Source: Rhynchopus sp. YZ270_cl-10 (lineage: Eukaryota). Taken from it: a stretch of DNA of 64,000 nt. The notes beneath the pieces were generated by a model, which searched no databases, was not told the origin of the DNA, and saw only the letters and a program-made list of their open reading frames with translations. Where the stretch lies: positions 1,302,001 through 1,366,000 of the forward strand of contig OZ037837.1 in the NCBI GenBank assembly GCA_964035575.1. The letters run 5' to 3'. Shown piece after piece: positions 31,337-42,779 of this stretch (positions within the stretch are counted from its first letter, which is position 1; each line of letters opens with the position of its first letter). Both the position numbers and the translations under genes were made by a program.

Positions 31337-33958
31337 ATGGTGTCATGCGGCATCCAGTCGCTGACAGTGCTGCTGTGTGTGGTGTTGATCCTGTCGACGG
31401 GTGCGATCATCGGTGGCTTCACTCTGTCAACATGGGACAACCTTCTGGAGAAGGCACGTGACACAGGTGACGAGGGTTTCATCATGTGTCTCGACAGTGG
31501 TACGGCGGACATCGAAGCAGTCTCGGGGCGCTACCTGCGCTCTGTCATGGGCAATGTGGACACGGCGGTGAAGGAGTACCTGAAGGTGCCTGAGCAGCTG
31601 GTGATGGCACTGGCGAACCTGGCACGGGCACACCACCCAAACGTCAGCACGAGCCCTGCATTTGCGAACAAAGTAATGCGTCCTGCTGCACTGGCTGCTT
31701 TTGTGGCTGGGAAGACGGCAGGGGTGGACGCCATATCGGCAGAAGCGTACCCCTGGTGCCAGGCACATCCCTTTCCGTGGAAGCATGGGGACGGCTTCGC
31801 AGGGTGGGGCTCACGCTTCGGGTTCAGAGGTTTGCAGACATCAAGCGGCATCCCTCCGACGGATGGCTCCCCAGGACCAGACCTTCTGTACGAGTCGCGC
31901 GACCTAGCGACACTATCGGTGGGGCTGTCGGACTGGGCGATGTACACAGAAAGCAACGGCTTGGGGGACATCAAGAACCGATCAGCGCCGTGCAACCACA
32001 TGCCGGACTACAGCAAGAACCAGGTACGTGGGATGTGCATCTACCCCACTTTTTATGTTGAACCCCCGGGCTCCAAAGTGGTCGACCAACGTGGAAGACG
32101 TATGTACTACCTGGGTGCCGACGAGCCTGCCCTCAACCCTGCGGACACGCTTGTCTACTCATCCATGCAGGTGCAGTGGGACATCGTTACGTGGGGGATC
32201 AGCTACACCTACACCCACCCAGACATGTACACGATGCACCCCAAGCAGGGCAAGCGTGTGGGTTCCGTCAATGGCCAAGTGAGTGCGAAAGGGGTCACCG
32301 AGGTGGTGGAATCACAGCTGCTCCCGGCCAGCACGTCGCTGTACCTGGTGCAGGAAGACCAGCAGGGCTCAGTGGGTCTCCTTGTCGCGTACAACATCGG
32401 GCGGCATGTGACAGTGATCCCTCGCGACAACGGTATTGGTGTTGTCACGGACTTCGTATACAGCATCAACATAACGAACCACTCGATGGACGACGCCACG
32501 ATTCACACCCCCTCAGTGATTGCAGAGCACGGGCGGTTTGTGTTCACACACCCACGGAACTACAGAGACCTTGCGGAGATGACAAAGACGAGGTTCATGA
32601 AGTGGTCTGACTCGAACGGCACGGAGTACTGGACGATGACGTCGACAATTGAGCACAAAACGATTGTGTGGCACGCAAACCTTGTGATCCCGAGGGCATC
32701 TGTGATGGATACGATTGATGCGTCGACGAATGCAATCCGTGAGAAGGTGGCAGCTGATCTGTCCTCTGCAGACGCACAGCAGGAGGATGCTGTGGTGGTG
32801 ATGGTGATTGTTACCGCCGTGGCGATCATAGTCCTTCTGGCCGTTGCTGTTGTGTTCACACACTACATCACGTCCCCTCTGCTGAAGCTTGGGGATGAGA
32901 TGGCAAGTGTGGCTGTGATGGACCTGGAGGCTGTGGACACAGGCCGTGCAGTGTCGCAGCTGAGTGAAGTGGGGGAGATGCAGCGCAGCTTTGTTACCAT
33001 GGTGGCGAACCTGGTGGAGTACCGGAACTACATGCCGCAGAGTGTGCTTGTCAACGACAGTGACAACGAGGAAGTTTCTGTGGGGCGCTCTTCACCGGGG
33101 TCGAGGACGCGTTCAGGCACGTCGAGGTCTTCTCGTGGAAGGAGCAGTGCTGCCAGCTCCGTGGTTGTACAGAACCAGAAGGCACTGCTGCGTGTGGAAG
33201 GCTTGAAGAAGAAGAAGGTGTCGCTGGCACACATGAACGTCGTGTCGTGGCACGCCTTCTGCAAGAAGCAAAAGGACGCAGAAGTGCTCTCCGCACACGG
33301 GGGTGTGATTGAGAGGATCCTGTCAGCAGTGCAACACAACAAAGGTGTGTGCGACACGTTCGCAGGAGACAAGATGCTTGCCACTTTCAACGCCTTTGTT
33401 CCGAAGGCGTCGCACGCTGCTTCCTGTGTGAAGGCTGCACACGAAGCAGCAACGGCACTTGGTGAAGTGCACAAGATCTCGTACGGGTGCACGACAGGCG
33501 AGGCACGTGTCGGGAACATGGGCTGCAACAGGATGAAGAAGGTCTCTATTCTTTCACACTGCATGTCGTGGGTGGTTGTGCTGGAACGTTGGAACAAAAT
33601 GCATACCCTGCCTGGTGTTGTTGACCGCACGATGTCGCGCGATCTGGAAGGACAGGTGGTACTGCGTTGTGCGGGTGCTGTGCTGTACGAGAAGATGACT
33701 CAGAAGGCACAGACCGTGTTCGCTGTGAAGGGTTTGTGCGACAGCGAAAACGAGGAGTGGATGTACCAGCTTGAGTCCGCCGCAGCCAACCCGCACGCAC
33801 TGTGGAACGAGGTCTTCGAGAACATCATCAAACAAGACTTTGAGAAGGCGTCTTCCCTGCTGGACAGCGTCGCTCAGGACCAACGTGCAGAGTACGAAGA
33901 GCTGCTCTGCCACGTTCAGCACAAGGTTTACGCACCGTTTGTTGTGGATCTGCACTGA
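31337..33958 (+). CDS. Receptor-type membrane protein: TM - large sensor domain - TM - HAMP - class III nucleotide cyclase-like domain (probably inactive)
   Basis: Hydrophobic helices LTVLLCVVLILSTGAII and VVVMVIVTAVAIIVLLAVAVVF; HAMP ITSPLLKLGDEM..SQLSEVGEMQRSF..M; YRNYMPQSV linker; cyclase core FAGDKMLATFN, GEARVGNMG. Confidence 0.85.
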   Translation: MVSCGIQSLTVLLCVVLILSTGAIIGGFTLSTWDNLLEKARDTGDEGFIMCLDSGTADIEAVSGRYLRSVMGNVDTAVKEYLKVPEQLVMALANLARAHHPNVSTSPAFANKVMRPAALAAFVAGKTAGVDAISAEAYPWCQAHPFPWKHGDGFAGWGSRFGFRGLQTSSGIPPTDGSPGPDLLYESRDLATLSVGLSDWAMYTESNGLGDIKNRSAPCNHMPDYSKNQVRGMCIYPTFYVEPPGSKVVDQRGRRMYYLGADEPALNPADTLVYSSMQVQWDIVTWGISYTYTHPDMYTMHPKQGKRVGSVNGQVSAKGVTEVVESQLLPASTSLYLVQEDQQGSVGLLVAYNIGRHVTVIPRDNGIGVVTDFVYSINITNHSMDDATIHTPSVIAEHGRFVFTHPRNYRDLAEMTKTRFMKWSDSNGTEYWTMTSTIEHKTIVWHANLVIPRASVMDTIDASTNAIREKVAADLSSADAQQEDAVVVMVIVTAVAIIVLLAVAVVFTHYITSPLLKLGDEMASVAVMDLEAVDTGRAVSQLSEVGEMQRSFVTMVANLVEYRNYMPQSVLVNDSDNEEVSVGRSSPGSRTRSGTSRSSRGRSSAASSVVVQNQKALLRVEGLKKKKVSLAHMNVVSWHAFCKKQKDAEVLSAHGGVIERILSAVQHNKGVCDTFAGDKMLATFNAFVPKASHAASCVKAAHEAATALGEVHKISYGCTTGEARVGNMGCNRMKKVSILSHCMSWVVVLERWNKMHTLPGVVDRTMSRDLEGQVVLRCAGAVLYEKMTQKAQTVFAVKGLCDSENEEWMYQLESAAANPHALWNEVFENIIKQDFEKASSLLDSVAQDQRAEYEELLCHVQHKVYAPFVVDLH

Positions 33959-34072
33959 GGTCCTTTTTCACACACGTTCTTTATTCATTTTTATTACACT
34001 GGTTCCGTTTTCAGAGGTGATTTTTTCAGTCAACATCAACAATTTTCCATTACTTCCACTTCTTTTATTTTC

Positions 34073-34517
34073 GGGATAAGGACAGTCTGGCCCACTCAGC
34101 GGCTTGGACAGTATGAGCGTAAAATGTTTGATAAAGACAGTTCAGACCCAGGCAGTGGTGGTGGTATCATGGCAGGGTCTGGTCGACAAGCACACTCGTG
34201 GGGTATGTGGGTTTTGCTGTCTTTCGGATTTTGCGGGTTTATGATTTACCCAACATGCTCGTGGGTTTTATGTGGGTTGATAAGCAGGCTTGATCAGAAC
34301 CCCGATAACTCACATAAAACCCACGAGCCTGCTGGGTAAACCACAAACCCGCAAAATCCGAAAGACAGCAAAACCCACATACCCCACGAGTGTGCTTGTC
34401 AACCAGACCCTGCCATGATACCACCACCACTGCCTGGGTCTGAACTGTCTTTATCAAAACGTTTTTGGGCCCATACTGTCCAAAAGCCACACTGAGTGGG
34501 CCAGACTGTCCTTTTCC
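34073..34517. mobile_element. Foldback/Mutator-like MITE, near-complete ~440-bp palindrome
   Basis: Arms of about 200 bp (aggacagtctggcccactcag ... ctgagtgggccagactgtcct). Termini and the gataaagacagttcagaccca motif are shared with 55398-57337. Confidence 0.82.
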
Positions 34518-36009
34518 ATTTATGTCTTTTGGTCTCTTTTAATCCACCCCCGTCGGGGGTGCCTGCATCAGCTCCCATTTCTTTTCTTTTATTTCCTCCC
34601 TCCCTCTTTTTTTGAGTGTCAGTGCCTGCGTCCCCGAGGCGTTTGCACTATCAACTTTTATTTGCAGTAAATGGCATGTAGCTTTTCATTGGAGAACCCT
34701 TTTCAAAAAAAAGCAGTGGCATGACAACGCTCATCAATCAAAACAACAGAATTTTTTACCCTGTTTTAGTTTGGTCTTTTTCTCCTCTCCCCACGGGCGT
34801 TAAAGACCACCAAAACAAAATAGAGCACAAAGCAAAAACAACAACTTTTCATGTCAAACTTCCCCCGGGCGTTAACTTCTTATTTGAACCTCGTTGTGTG
34901 TGCTTTCTCGAATGGAAAGTACATGAAATTGATTTGATGGGAGTTGTGCCCAACCACAGTACACAAATACCGCATTTGTACAAATTATCGACTGCGATAA
35001 TGTTCAACCTTTTCAGGATTTTTCTCGAAGTTCCACCTTTTTAAGGTCGATAATTTGTACGATTACGGTACCGTGTGAACCTAAATAAGACATTTATTGT
35101 ACATCAGAGCCCCTCCCCACATCGTTCCCTTTGCTTTCTTTTGTCTTGCACATATTTTATTTTGTTTTGAGTGTGCAAGAAACCTTGAAATGCGAAAAAA
35201 AGCTCAAAAAAAGCTCAAAACAGCTCCCTGGATCTGTCTGCAAAGACGTGCGTACCCCAGAGACCCCTCCTTCCCGGACCTCCCCACCCTCTTGTTCTTT
35301 TGTGTGATGATACATGAATTTTTATTCCTTTCTCTGATTTAAAGGTTGTGCACTCCTCCAGAAACAAAGAAACATTGAAATACTTCTGTCCCGAGGCTTT
35401 TGTCCATTTTAGCTTTAACCCGATTGATCACGGATACTGCTGGATGTGGCCAGATCTGGCAGTATCCGTGATTGGCTACCACCATTTTCCCCCCATTATT
35501 TCCCTAGTTTCGACAGCGAAACGTTTCTCCAAGTATTGCACGGGAAACAATATACAAACGGGTGCAGGGTGGTTCCGTGCATATCATAGAACCTGGCACC
35601 TTGTGTGTCTCCCAAAAAACCAAAAGCGTTGTGTGTGTAGTTTTGAAGGAAAAAATACAATACTGGAATGGTGTGGTCGAAAGTCGCGGAGTATACCGTT
35701 AAGACTTTGTCAAGACTTTCACTTCGACCCCGCCATGGAACAACGTGAGGTAGCTACTGTGTGTAGCTGTAGGATATGGTAGACGTACAAATGGTACTCT
35801 TTGTTTGTTAGGCTAAAAATATATCAAAATAATGGACAAAAGCACGGGAGAGTGCCCTCAAAAAGTTTTTTTATTCTCGGCTGTGAAAAGACCTTTTTGT
35901 TTGGTTTGGTTTTTTTGTTTTGTTTTTTCTTGCGAAAACAGCTTTTGAAAGACGAAACCAACGTCTCTCATCCAACCTTTTTCCTACCTTACCCCAAAAT
36001 GTTTTAAGA

Positions 36010-36216
36010 AAGACAGTTCAGACCCAGGCAGGTTCTCGGGGTTCTGATCAAGCCTGCTTATCAACCTACATAAAACCCACGAGCCTGCTGGGTAAACCAC
36101 AAACCCGCAAAATCCGAAAGCCCGCAAAACCTACATACCCCACGAGTGTGCTTGTCAACCAGACTCTACCATGATACCACCACCACTGCCTGGGTCTGAA
36201 CTGTCTTTATCAAAAC
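36010..36216. repeat. Partial copy of the 34073-34517 foldback element
   Basis: Matches one arm plus the loop (reverse orientation) of the 34.1-34.5 kb element. Confidence 0.8.
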
Positions 36217-36328
36217 ACAAATATTTTCGGGTGCGATAAACGAAAAAGTGTTTTTTCTTGTCTTTCATTTATGCTTTATGCTTCTCTGTCATATTCTGAA
36301 GTCGTTTTCTATTTTTTGAAAACCAGAT

Positions 36329-39063
36329 TACCGTATTCGTAAATATGTTCGACCGTACTAATGTTCGACCGTAATAAAGTTCGTCATTTTCCGGATTTTT
36401 CGGGAAGTTCGACACTTTTTACGGTCGAACATTAGTACAGTTGGTGGTAGAAAATTTTTTGTGATAGGGGGGTTTTTTTTTATGTGAAAGAGAAAACCGA
36501 CGCAGGAGTCTTTTATCGAAAACTGTTTTCTTCTCCGTTAACGCACAAAAACACTTGACAGAAAAAACTTTTTCACACAACGTTTTTTGCTATTCTTTCT
36601 CCTTTTTTAACTCTCTGCTTTTCATCTTTTTTAAAAATCCCACCATCCCACCCTTGAAGCTTGTTGTTTTTCTTGTTCAAATAGCGTTTTCGTTTTTGTT
36701 GTGTGTGAAAAGTCACATCGTGGTAGTAGTGCGACTGGTTCGACTACGCGAGGTCATGATGGCAGTGAGCCTCGTGCTTGACACTCCATTCTCGCCGATG
36801 TATGTGCATATTTTTGTTTTTCTTGTTGCATTTTTTGCTTTGGAGGGTACAAACATACGAAGCGGTACGTGTACGGTGGTACGGATATATACAAACCAAA
36901 GATTGGGCTCTTTCGGATCGAGTGACTGTAATAGTGTGTGTGCTCGGAAACGAGTACTGTCATTTTTTGTTGTGTTTAATGTTCATTGTGTGATCTGTGG
37001 TGAGGAAGCGTTCCAACTTTTCAACCTCTTCCCCAAGTTACCTTTCGCGCTTTCTTCACCCTCCCCTGTTTTAGATTCAACAGAGAGTGTACGGTACGTT
37101 TTTCTTTGTTTCCCCTCATTTTTTCCAATTCAAGCAAGACTCACAGAGTGGGGTCAAAAATGCAATTAGTCAGCTTGTGTGTGTGTGAAGTCACATCGTG
37201 GTAGTAGTGCGACTCGGGTCGACTACGGGAGTTGGGCAGTGTGCAGGAGCGATCCGACACGCAACTCTTGATGTGCCTCATCGGTAGTAGTGCGACTGGG
37301 GTTCGACTACGCGAGATGATGATGGCAGTGGGCCTCGTGCTTTACACTCCATTCTCGCCGATGTGTACCTGCCTCCTTAAAAGCCAAAGGGGGTGTAGTG
37401 CGTCACGGGTACGACTACAATAGGTTGCGGAAATCTGCAGAGTAGGATTTACTTCTGGCAGGCAACCTAGGGTGGCATACTTTAGCTGTATGTCAAGCAT
37501 TGTTTCTTCACATCGCGAGATGATGATGGCAGTGGGCTTCGGGCTTTACACTCCATTTCTCGCTGATGTGAGCCCCCACTTAAAAGCCAAAGTGGGGTTT
37601 GTAGTGCATCACGGGAACGACTACAATAGGTTGTGGAAATTAGCAGGTTAGGATTTACTATCTGACAAGCAACCTATGGTGGCATACTTTAGCTGTATGT
37701 CAAGCATTTTTTCTTTCACATCGGTAGTAGTGCGACTACGCGAGATGATGATGGCAGTGGGCCTCGTGCTTTACACTCCATTTCTCGCCGATGTGAGCCC
37801 CCACTTAAAAGCCAAAGTGGGTTTGTAGTGCATCACGGGAACGACTACAATAGGTTGTGGAAATTAGCAGGTTAGGACTTACTATCTGACAAGCAACCTA
37901 TGGTGGCATACTTTAGCTGTATGTCAAGCATTTTTCTGTTTTTCGTATTCTCTTTGTTGCATGGGTTTATTTTCACTAAAAAAGCTGCAACGGGAGCAAT
38001 GTGGCTCGGGTCGACGCATTTTATCATCTTATCTTTTACCTATGTAACCCCTGTGATTTTCTTTTAATTTGTGTGGTTGTCACCAATGTGTCATCGGGAG
38101 CAGGGCGACTCGGGTCGACTGCGAGAGAATTGTTGATAGTGTGCGGACGCAGCCGACACACAATCTCTGTTAGGACCGTGCGCATGGTTTGCGTCTTATC
38201 GTCATGTTTTTAGTTGTGTATCCTTTTCCTGTTTTTATGCACTCATGTGTTATGTCACTTAGGTTGTGCGAAATTTTGCAGGTAGGTCCTGACAGGCAAC
38301 CTGTGGTGGCATACTCTAGCTGTATGCCAAGCAATTCTTCTGTTTTTCTTCTCCTTGTCGCATGGGTCTGTTTTTTCACTAATAAAGGTGTAGCGGGAGC
38401 AGTGTGGCTCGGGTTGACTCACCTTATCATCCAATTTTTTACCTGTGTAACCCCTGCGTGTCTCTTTTAACTCGTGTGCTATGTTTCATATTAATGATCC
38501 ATCGGGAGCAGTGCGACTCGGGTCGACTGCGAGAGGCTGTTGTTGGTAGTGTGCAGACACGCAACCTCGGATGTGCTACCTATGCAGATGTTATTCTCAT
38601 GTTTGCTTTTTCTTCGTGGGGATGTTTCTCTCCCCCGGATAACTTTGAACTACTATTGACTTAGTGTTATATTGTCTTTATTGCTGCTTTAAAAGTCCCA
38701 TTTCCTGGTCGCGATAGCTCGCGAACTTTCCTGCAGTCAACGCAGGGAAAGAATAATCAACGATGTGATACAGGATATGGGTGGTTCAGTGATTCCACAG
38801 AACCGACACCATTGATGTGTCTCAACCAAAACCAAATAATTAGAAATTAAAAAAGAGAGAGTTTTTGAAGTAAGGAAAGAAAACTGGTTGGTTGGTCGGT
38901 TACAGTGAGCAAAAAGAAAAAAAAAAAAAAAAAAACCGCAAACATGTTCGACCGTACTAATGTTCGACCGTAAATATGTTCGACCGTAATAAAGTTCGTC
39001 ATTTTCCGGATTTTTCTGGAAGTTCGACACTTTTTACGGTCGAACATATTTACGAATACGGTA
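36329..39063. mobile_element. 2.7-kb non-autonomous TIR element (TACCG ends, Tc1/pogo-like) carrying a hairpin repeat array
   Basis: 29-bp TIRs taccgtattcgtaaatatgttcgaccgta / tacggtcgaacatatttacgaatacggta; about 90-bp subterminal block repeated at both ends; left TSD not intact. Confidence 0.7.
36712..38540 (+). repeat. Degenerate array of ~210-230-bp modules composed of conserved hairpins
   Basis: Recurrent gtagtgcgact..tcgactac, tgtagtgc..cgactaca, taggttg..gcaaccta and ggcatac..gtatg(t/c)c stems; module starts near 36714, 37192, 37278, 37508, 37717, 38092, 38500. Confidence 0.75.
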
Positions 39064-40495
39064 TATGGCGTCAATAACGCCCCCCTCGGTGAAGCGTACA
39101 ACTAAAACAATCCTCTTTTTTTTTGTTTCCCGTTTTTCCTGTGTTGGTGAAGGACAGCTATTGACACTGCAGTACTGTGTTGTGTCTACACTGCGATGTT
39201 TCCACATTGCTTCCATCCTAATTCAGTTTCAATTTTTGGACAAAAAAAAATACAAAAAAAGGGTTTAGGCGAACATATAATGTAGTTGGGTACACAGCCC
39301 CTAGTTGCCCCCACCCCCCTCGCCCCTAAAGGTGGGTAATTAGGCGATTTTTTGACACAACAAAAAATAAGTAAATGCACCCCTCCCGCATCCAACTGAT
39401 GAGTTCGTTTGTTTTCAAGTGTTCGTGTTGTCTTTTCCCTTTTGTCTCGTACGGTGCGGACCACTCACGTACCACCCTTTTCCTGAGCTCAACATGAGAT
39501 GCGTTTGTTTTTAGCACGCTCCACTCTTTGTCCCGTTGTTATGTTTTATCGGGAGGGTCCAAGATTTTATGATTCCATGCAATGCTAAAAGGAAATTGAA
39601 CACCGTATCCTACCCCCATCCTTTTTTCCATTTGTTCTAATCCGGGGTGGGTTGGAGTAGAACCACATTTCACCGACAGGTCGAGGTGTGTGCGTTTCAC
39701 CACAACCTCTCCCTTTTGTCTCTATTGTTTTTATTGCTTTATTGTTTTCGGGGGTGGGGGGAAAAACATAAAAAGGGAAAGTAGGGTGCGATTTCAATTT
39801 CACCATTTCCTTTTTCAGGGATTGCGCTCCATATACACAATAAGGTTTAAGGCACACCCACAATACTTTTGGCCGTGGGCTGGACCTAAAACTTGCATCG
39901 CCTGTAAGGGCTGTGCTGATTGATCTGACTGAATAAAAAGGGGAAAAAAACTCACGCGAAAAAAAGCGAGGTGTCTACATGTTATTAAATGTTCAAATTA
40001 TTCAAAAAGTTTGGGTACATTTAGTGCACCCTGCTATACATTACTATTCAGTAGAATGGACAGTATATGCAATAAAATATTCAACAGCCCCTTGAAGTCT
40101 CCCCCTTCCCTTCTCCCTTGCTCCATACAATGAAATACAATACCAAACAAACAGAGTAGCAAAAAACAAAAACAAAAACAAAACTCCCCCCTTCAAAAAA
40201 AATACCAAAAAATGCACAAAACAAAGCCCTCCCTACCCCCATTCAATCGAGTCCTCCACTACTGTGCATCCCCGCACAGGTGAGTTTGTGGCGCCGGAGA
40301 ACACGTTGACAGCATCAAGCGACGGACAGCAGACGGGATGGACCAAACTAAACTCCCCAGTGGGTTGAAACCACCCAGAAAACCCCCACCCTCCCCACTT
40401 TCCCTCCCATTTTTTTTGACACCCTCCACAGAAAACACTTTGAAAAACTCATCTATTTTCTTCTCCAATAATTGGGTTGGGTTGATATAGCTTTG

Positions 40496-41290
40496 ATGGG
40501 TGGACAGGAGTCGACTGAGGGGAAGAGACAGGGGCACTACGACGACTCCCATTCCGCTCGCACGACCCGACACGGCACACACACCCGCGCACCGCACCCA
40601 GGGTCCCCCGGGAAGAAGGTGCAATGGGGGTCGCTCCCTCACGGAAGCAGGCGTCCGGGGTCCCCTTCCCCACCACGCCCTGCTACCGGCAGGCCAAGCC
40701 CCCCAAGGACAAGCTCTAAACCTACACAACCACATCCTTCTTCCCCGCGTAGATCTGCTCCTTCCCCCTCTTCGTGGTATGCGTGCAAACCGGATACGAT
40801 TATTCCGCGAGGGAGTCCTGGGAGGACGCATTTTCAAGTACAACGTGAGGTGGGGTATTCTTGGCGTGATGCTGGGACCGGGGGGGTTCAGGAGCATGTT
40901 GTAGTGGGGGCAGTGTTCATACGGACGATGCACCTCGAGGTGTTGGGGGGGAGGGTGGGGGAGTTTGAGTCTCGCGCGGCGTTGGATGTGGCGCAGTGTG
41001 TAGGTGTGCCGCTGCCGGCGTGGTGTGTTGATGTGAAGGCGGATGGGACACCGGAAGGCATCTGCATGCGGTACTGCATCGCACTCCCCGCAGACGGCCC
41101 GCATGTAAGCGAAGTGCTCTCGCGCGTCGCAGCCGTGTACGCACAGCGCATCATCCGCCTGCAGAACACCGAGCTTGCCTACCACACCCTATCCGGTGTC
41201 TCCACCCCTGCCGTCATCGTGTATGAACGGTCTACCCTCCCTTCTGCAGTACATCGTACCCAAGCAGGGGTTACTGTACAACCTAGATAG
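40496..41290 (+). CDS. Hypothetical protein: MGxxxS N-terminus, Ser/Pro/Arg-rich region, globular C-terminus
   Basis: GC-rich ORF on the same strand as all other genes; MGGQES myristoylation-like start after an AG; no recognised domain; a partial duplicate of the 3' part lies at ~41432-41525. Confidence 0.55.
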   Translation: MGGQESTEGKRQGHYDDSHSARTTRHGTHTRAPHPGSPGKKVQWGSLPHGSRRPGSPSPPRPATGRPSPPRTSSKPTQPHPSSPRRSAPSPSSWYACKPDTIIPRGSPGRTHFQVQREVGYSWRDAGTGGVQEHVVVGAVFIRTMHLEVLGGRVGEFESRAALDVAQCVGVPLPAWCVDVKADGTPEGICMRYCIALPADGPHVSEVLSRVAAVYAQRIIRLQNTELAYHTLSGVSTPAVIVYERSTLPSAVHRTQAGVTVQPR

Positions 41291-41889
41291 AAGAGGGAGA
41301 GGGTGGAGGAGGAGGAGGACGTTTTAAAAATTGAAACTGCACTCCGACTTTTCCTTGTGTTTTCCCACCCCCCCTCCAAACCATAAAGACAAAAAAGGGT
41401 GAGGTTGTGAAACGCACACACCTCGACCACAGTGTGGTGTGCCGCTGCCTGCGTGGTGTGTTGATGAGAAGGCGGATGGAATACCGGAAGGCATCTGCGA
41501 TGCGGTACTGCATCGCACTCCCCCCCGCTGCTTTAGATATGCCACATAGGTACAGAGAGGCTCAAAGGTGGGGGTGTTTTAATTCAAAAAAACGGTATTT
41601 TCTAAAAAAAAAGTTTGTATTTTTATTTCCCCAACGTAAAGCACTACGAGGCTTAGTCATCTTAGATCCACCCTTTGAAGTATGTGTAATGCATGTGAGA
41701 CATATTTGTGTTTCAAGCTTTTGTTTTTCTTTTTCAGTCGTGCTTGGGCCTGTAGAGGTGTGTGGGCACGATCAACCCAAGGATTCTGTGGCTGCAGATA
41801 TAGGGTATTGTACCTTGGGAGAAAAGGACGGCGCGTGATTTGAAAGCTGCGGAAGCGTTTTAACCTTTTAGTAAACACGTAGTATTTGA

Positions 41890-41991
41890 CAAAATGCTCG
41901 AGACCCTCGTGAAAAGTCGCGCGTTCTGCGTATCCCCCTCCCCGCTTGTTTTGAGCAACAATCAAAGAGTGACGAGTCTCTCAAGCATTTT
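41890..41991. repeat. Small dispersed hairpin repeat (MITE-like)
   Basis: aaaatgctcgagaccctcgt ... acgagtctctcaagcatttt; partial relatives at ~6187-6222, ~28911-28950 and ~63782-63865. Confidence 0.6.
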
Positions 41992-42779
41992 CATTCTCTT
42001 TTCCCATTTTGTTTCTATTCGCGATTTATTTTTACTCCCATTTTTTTAGAATCAACAGTGTAAGTTAAGTTTTTGCAAAAAAAAAATAAAATTAGAAAAG
42101 GTCCCTGTGTCCGTAGATGGTACTGTACCTTGAGAGAAAAAGGACATCGCATTCAATATCCGGCATGCAAGCTGGACCGGGTTAATGTGTTGCCTCCTGT
42201 GGCTTGTAGACAGTACACATTCTGATTGTGTATAGACGGTCGCACAAATGTTTGTATACGATGTGTACTCGTAGCTTTCTTTCGTGTAAAATACGGTATA
42301 AAAAAAATGTCGAAATGAGTTTGTATATGTCATCTCTAACCTATGGGCATGGACTCAGCCTTACACAGAAGTCTGGGGTTTTTTGTGGTGTGCGAACTGA
42401 GCAACTTCTTTTCGCTGACAACAGCAGGTCGGCTGCTGTCTCTCTGCTTTCCGTAAGCTTGCTCTTTCATGTAGTATACTGTTCAGTGCTACAACATGGT
42501 CGAAGCTGTCGCATACATCAAAGCAAACGTGCTCCTTCTGTTTTGAGATGTGTGCACAGTCATTTGTGGCGTGTTCAGTATTCGTGTTCTTTTGCAGATA
42601 CTTAGCCTTTGTATTTATGTTGTGTTTTAGTTTTCTGTTCAATGCTGGCTCAATAATATTAAAAAAGGTTGCCCTTCTTCTTGTTGCAAATCATTTCCGA
42701 TGTATGCAGCTTACACCCCTCATCAATAAGTCACACCCAACCCCTTCCAGACACCCCTGCACCCTCCCACCTCTAAAAA

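Noticed and set aside
37290..37312. tRNA (GGTTCGA T-loop-like motif)
   Set aside because: No cloverleaf, D arm or acceptor stem can be built around it.
37421..38302. Hammerhead ribozyme in the GAAA...CTGACA hairpins
   Set aside because: The core reads CTGACAA/CTGACAG/CTGGCAG rather than CTGAnGA, and the interval is too short for stems I and III.
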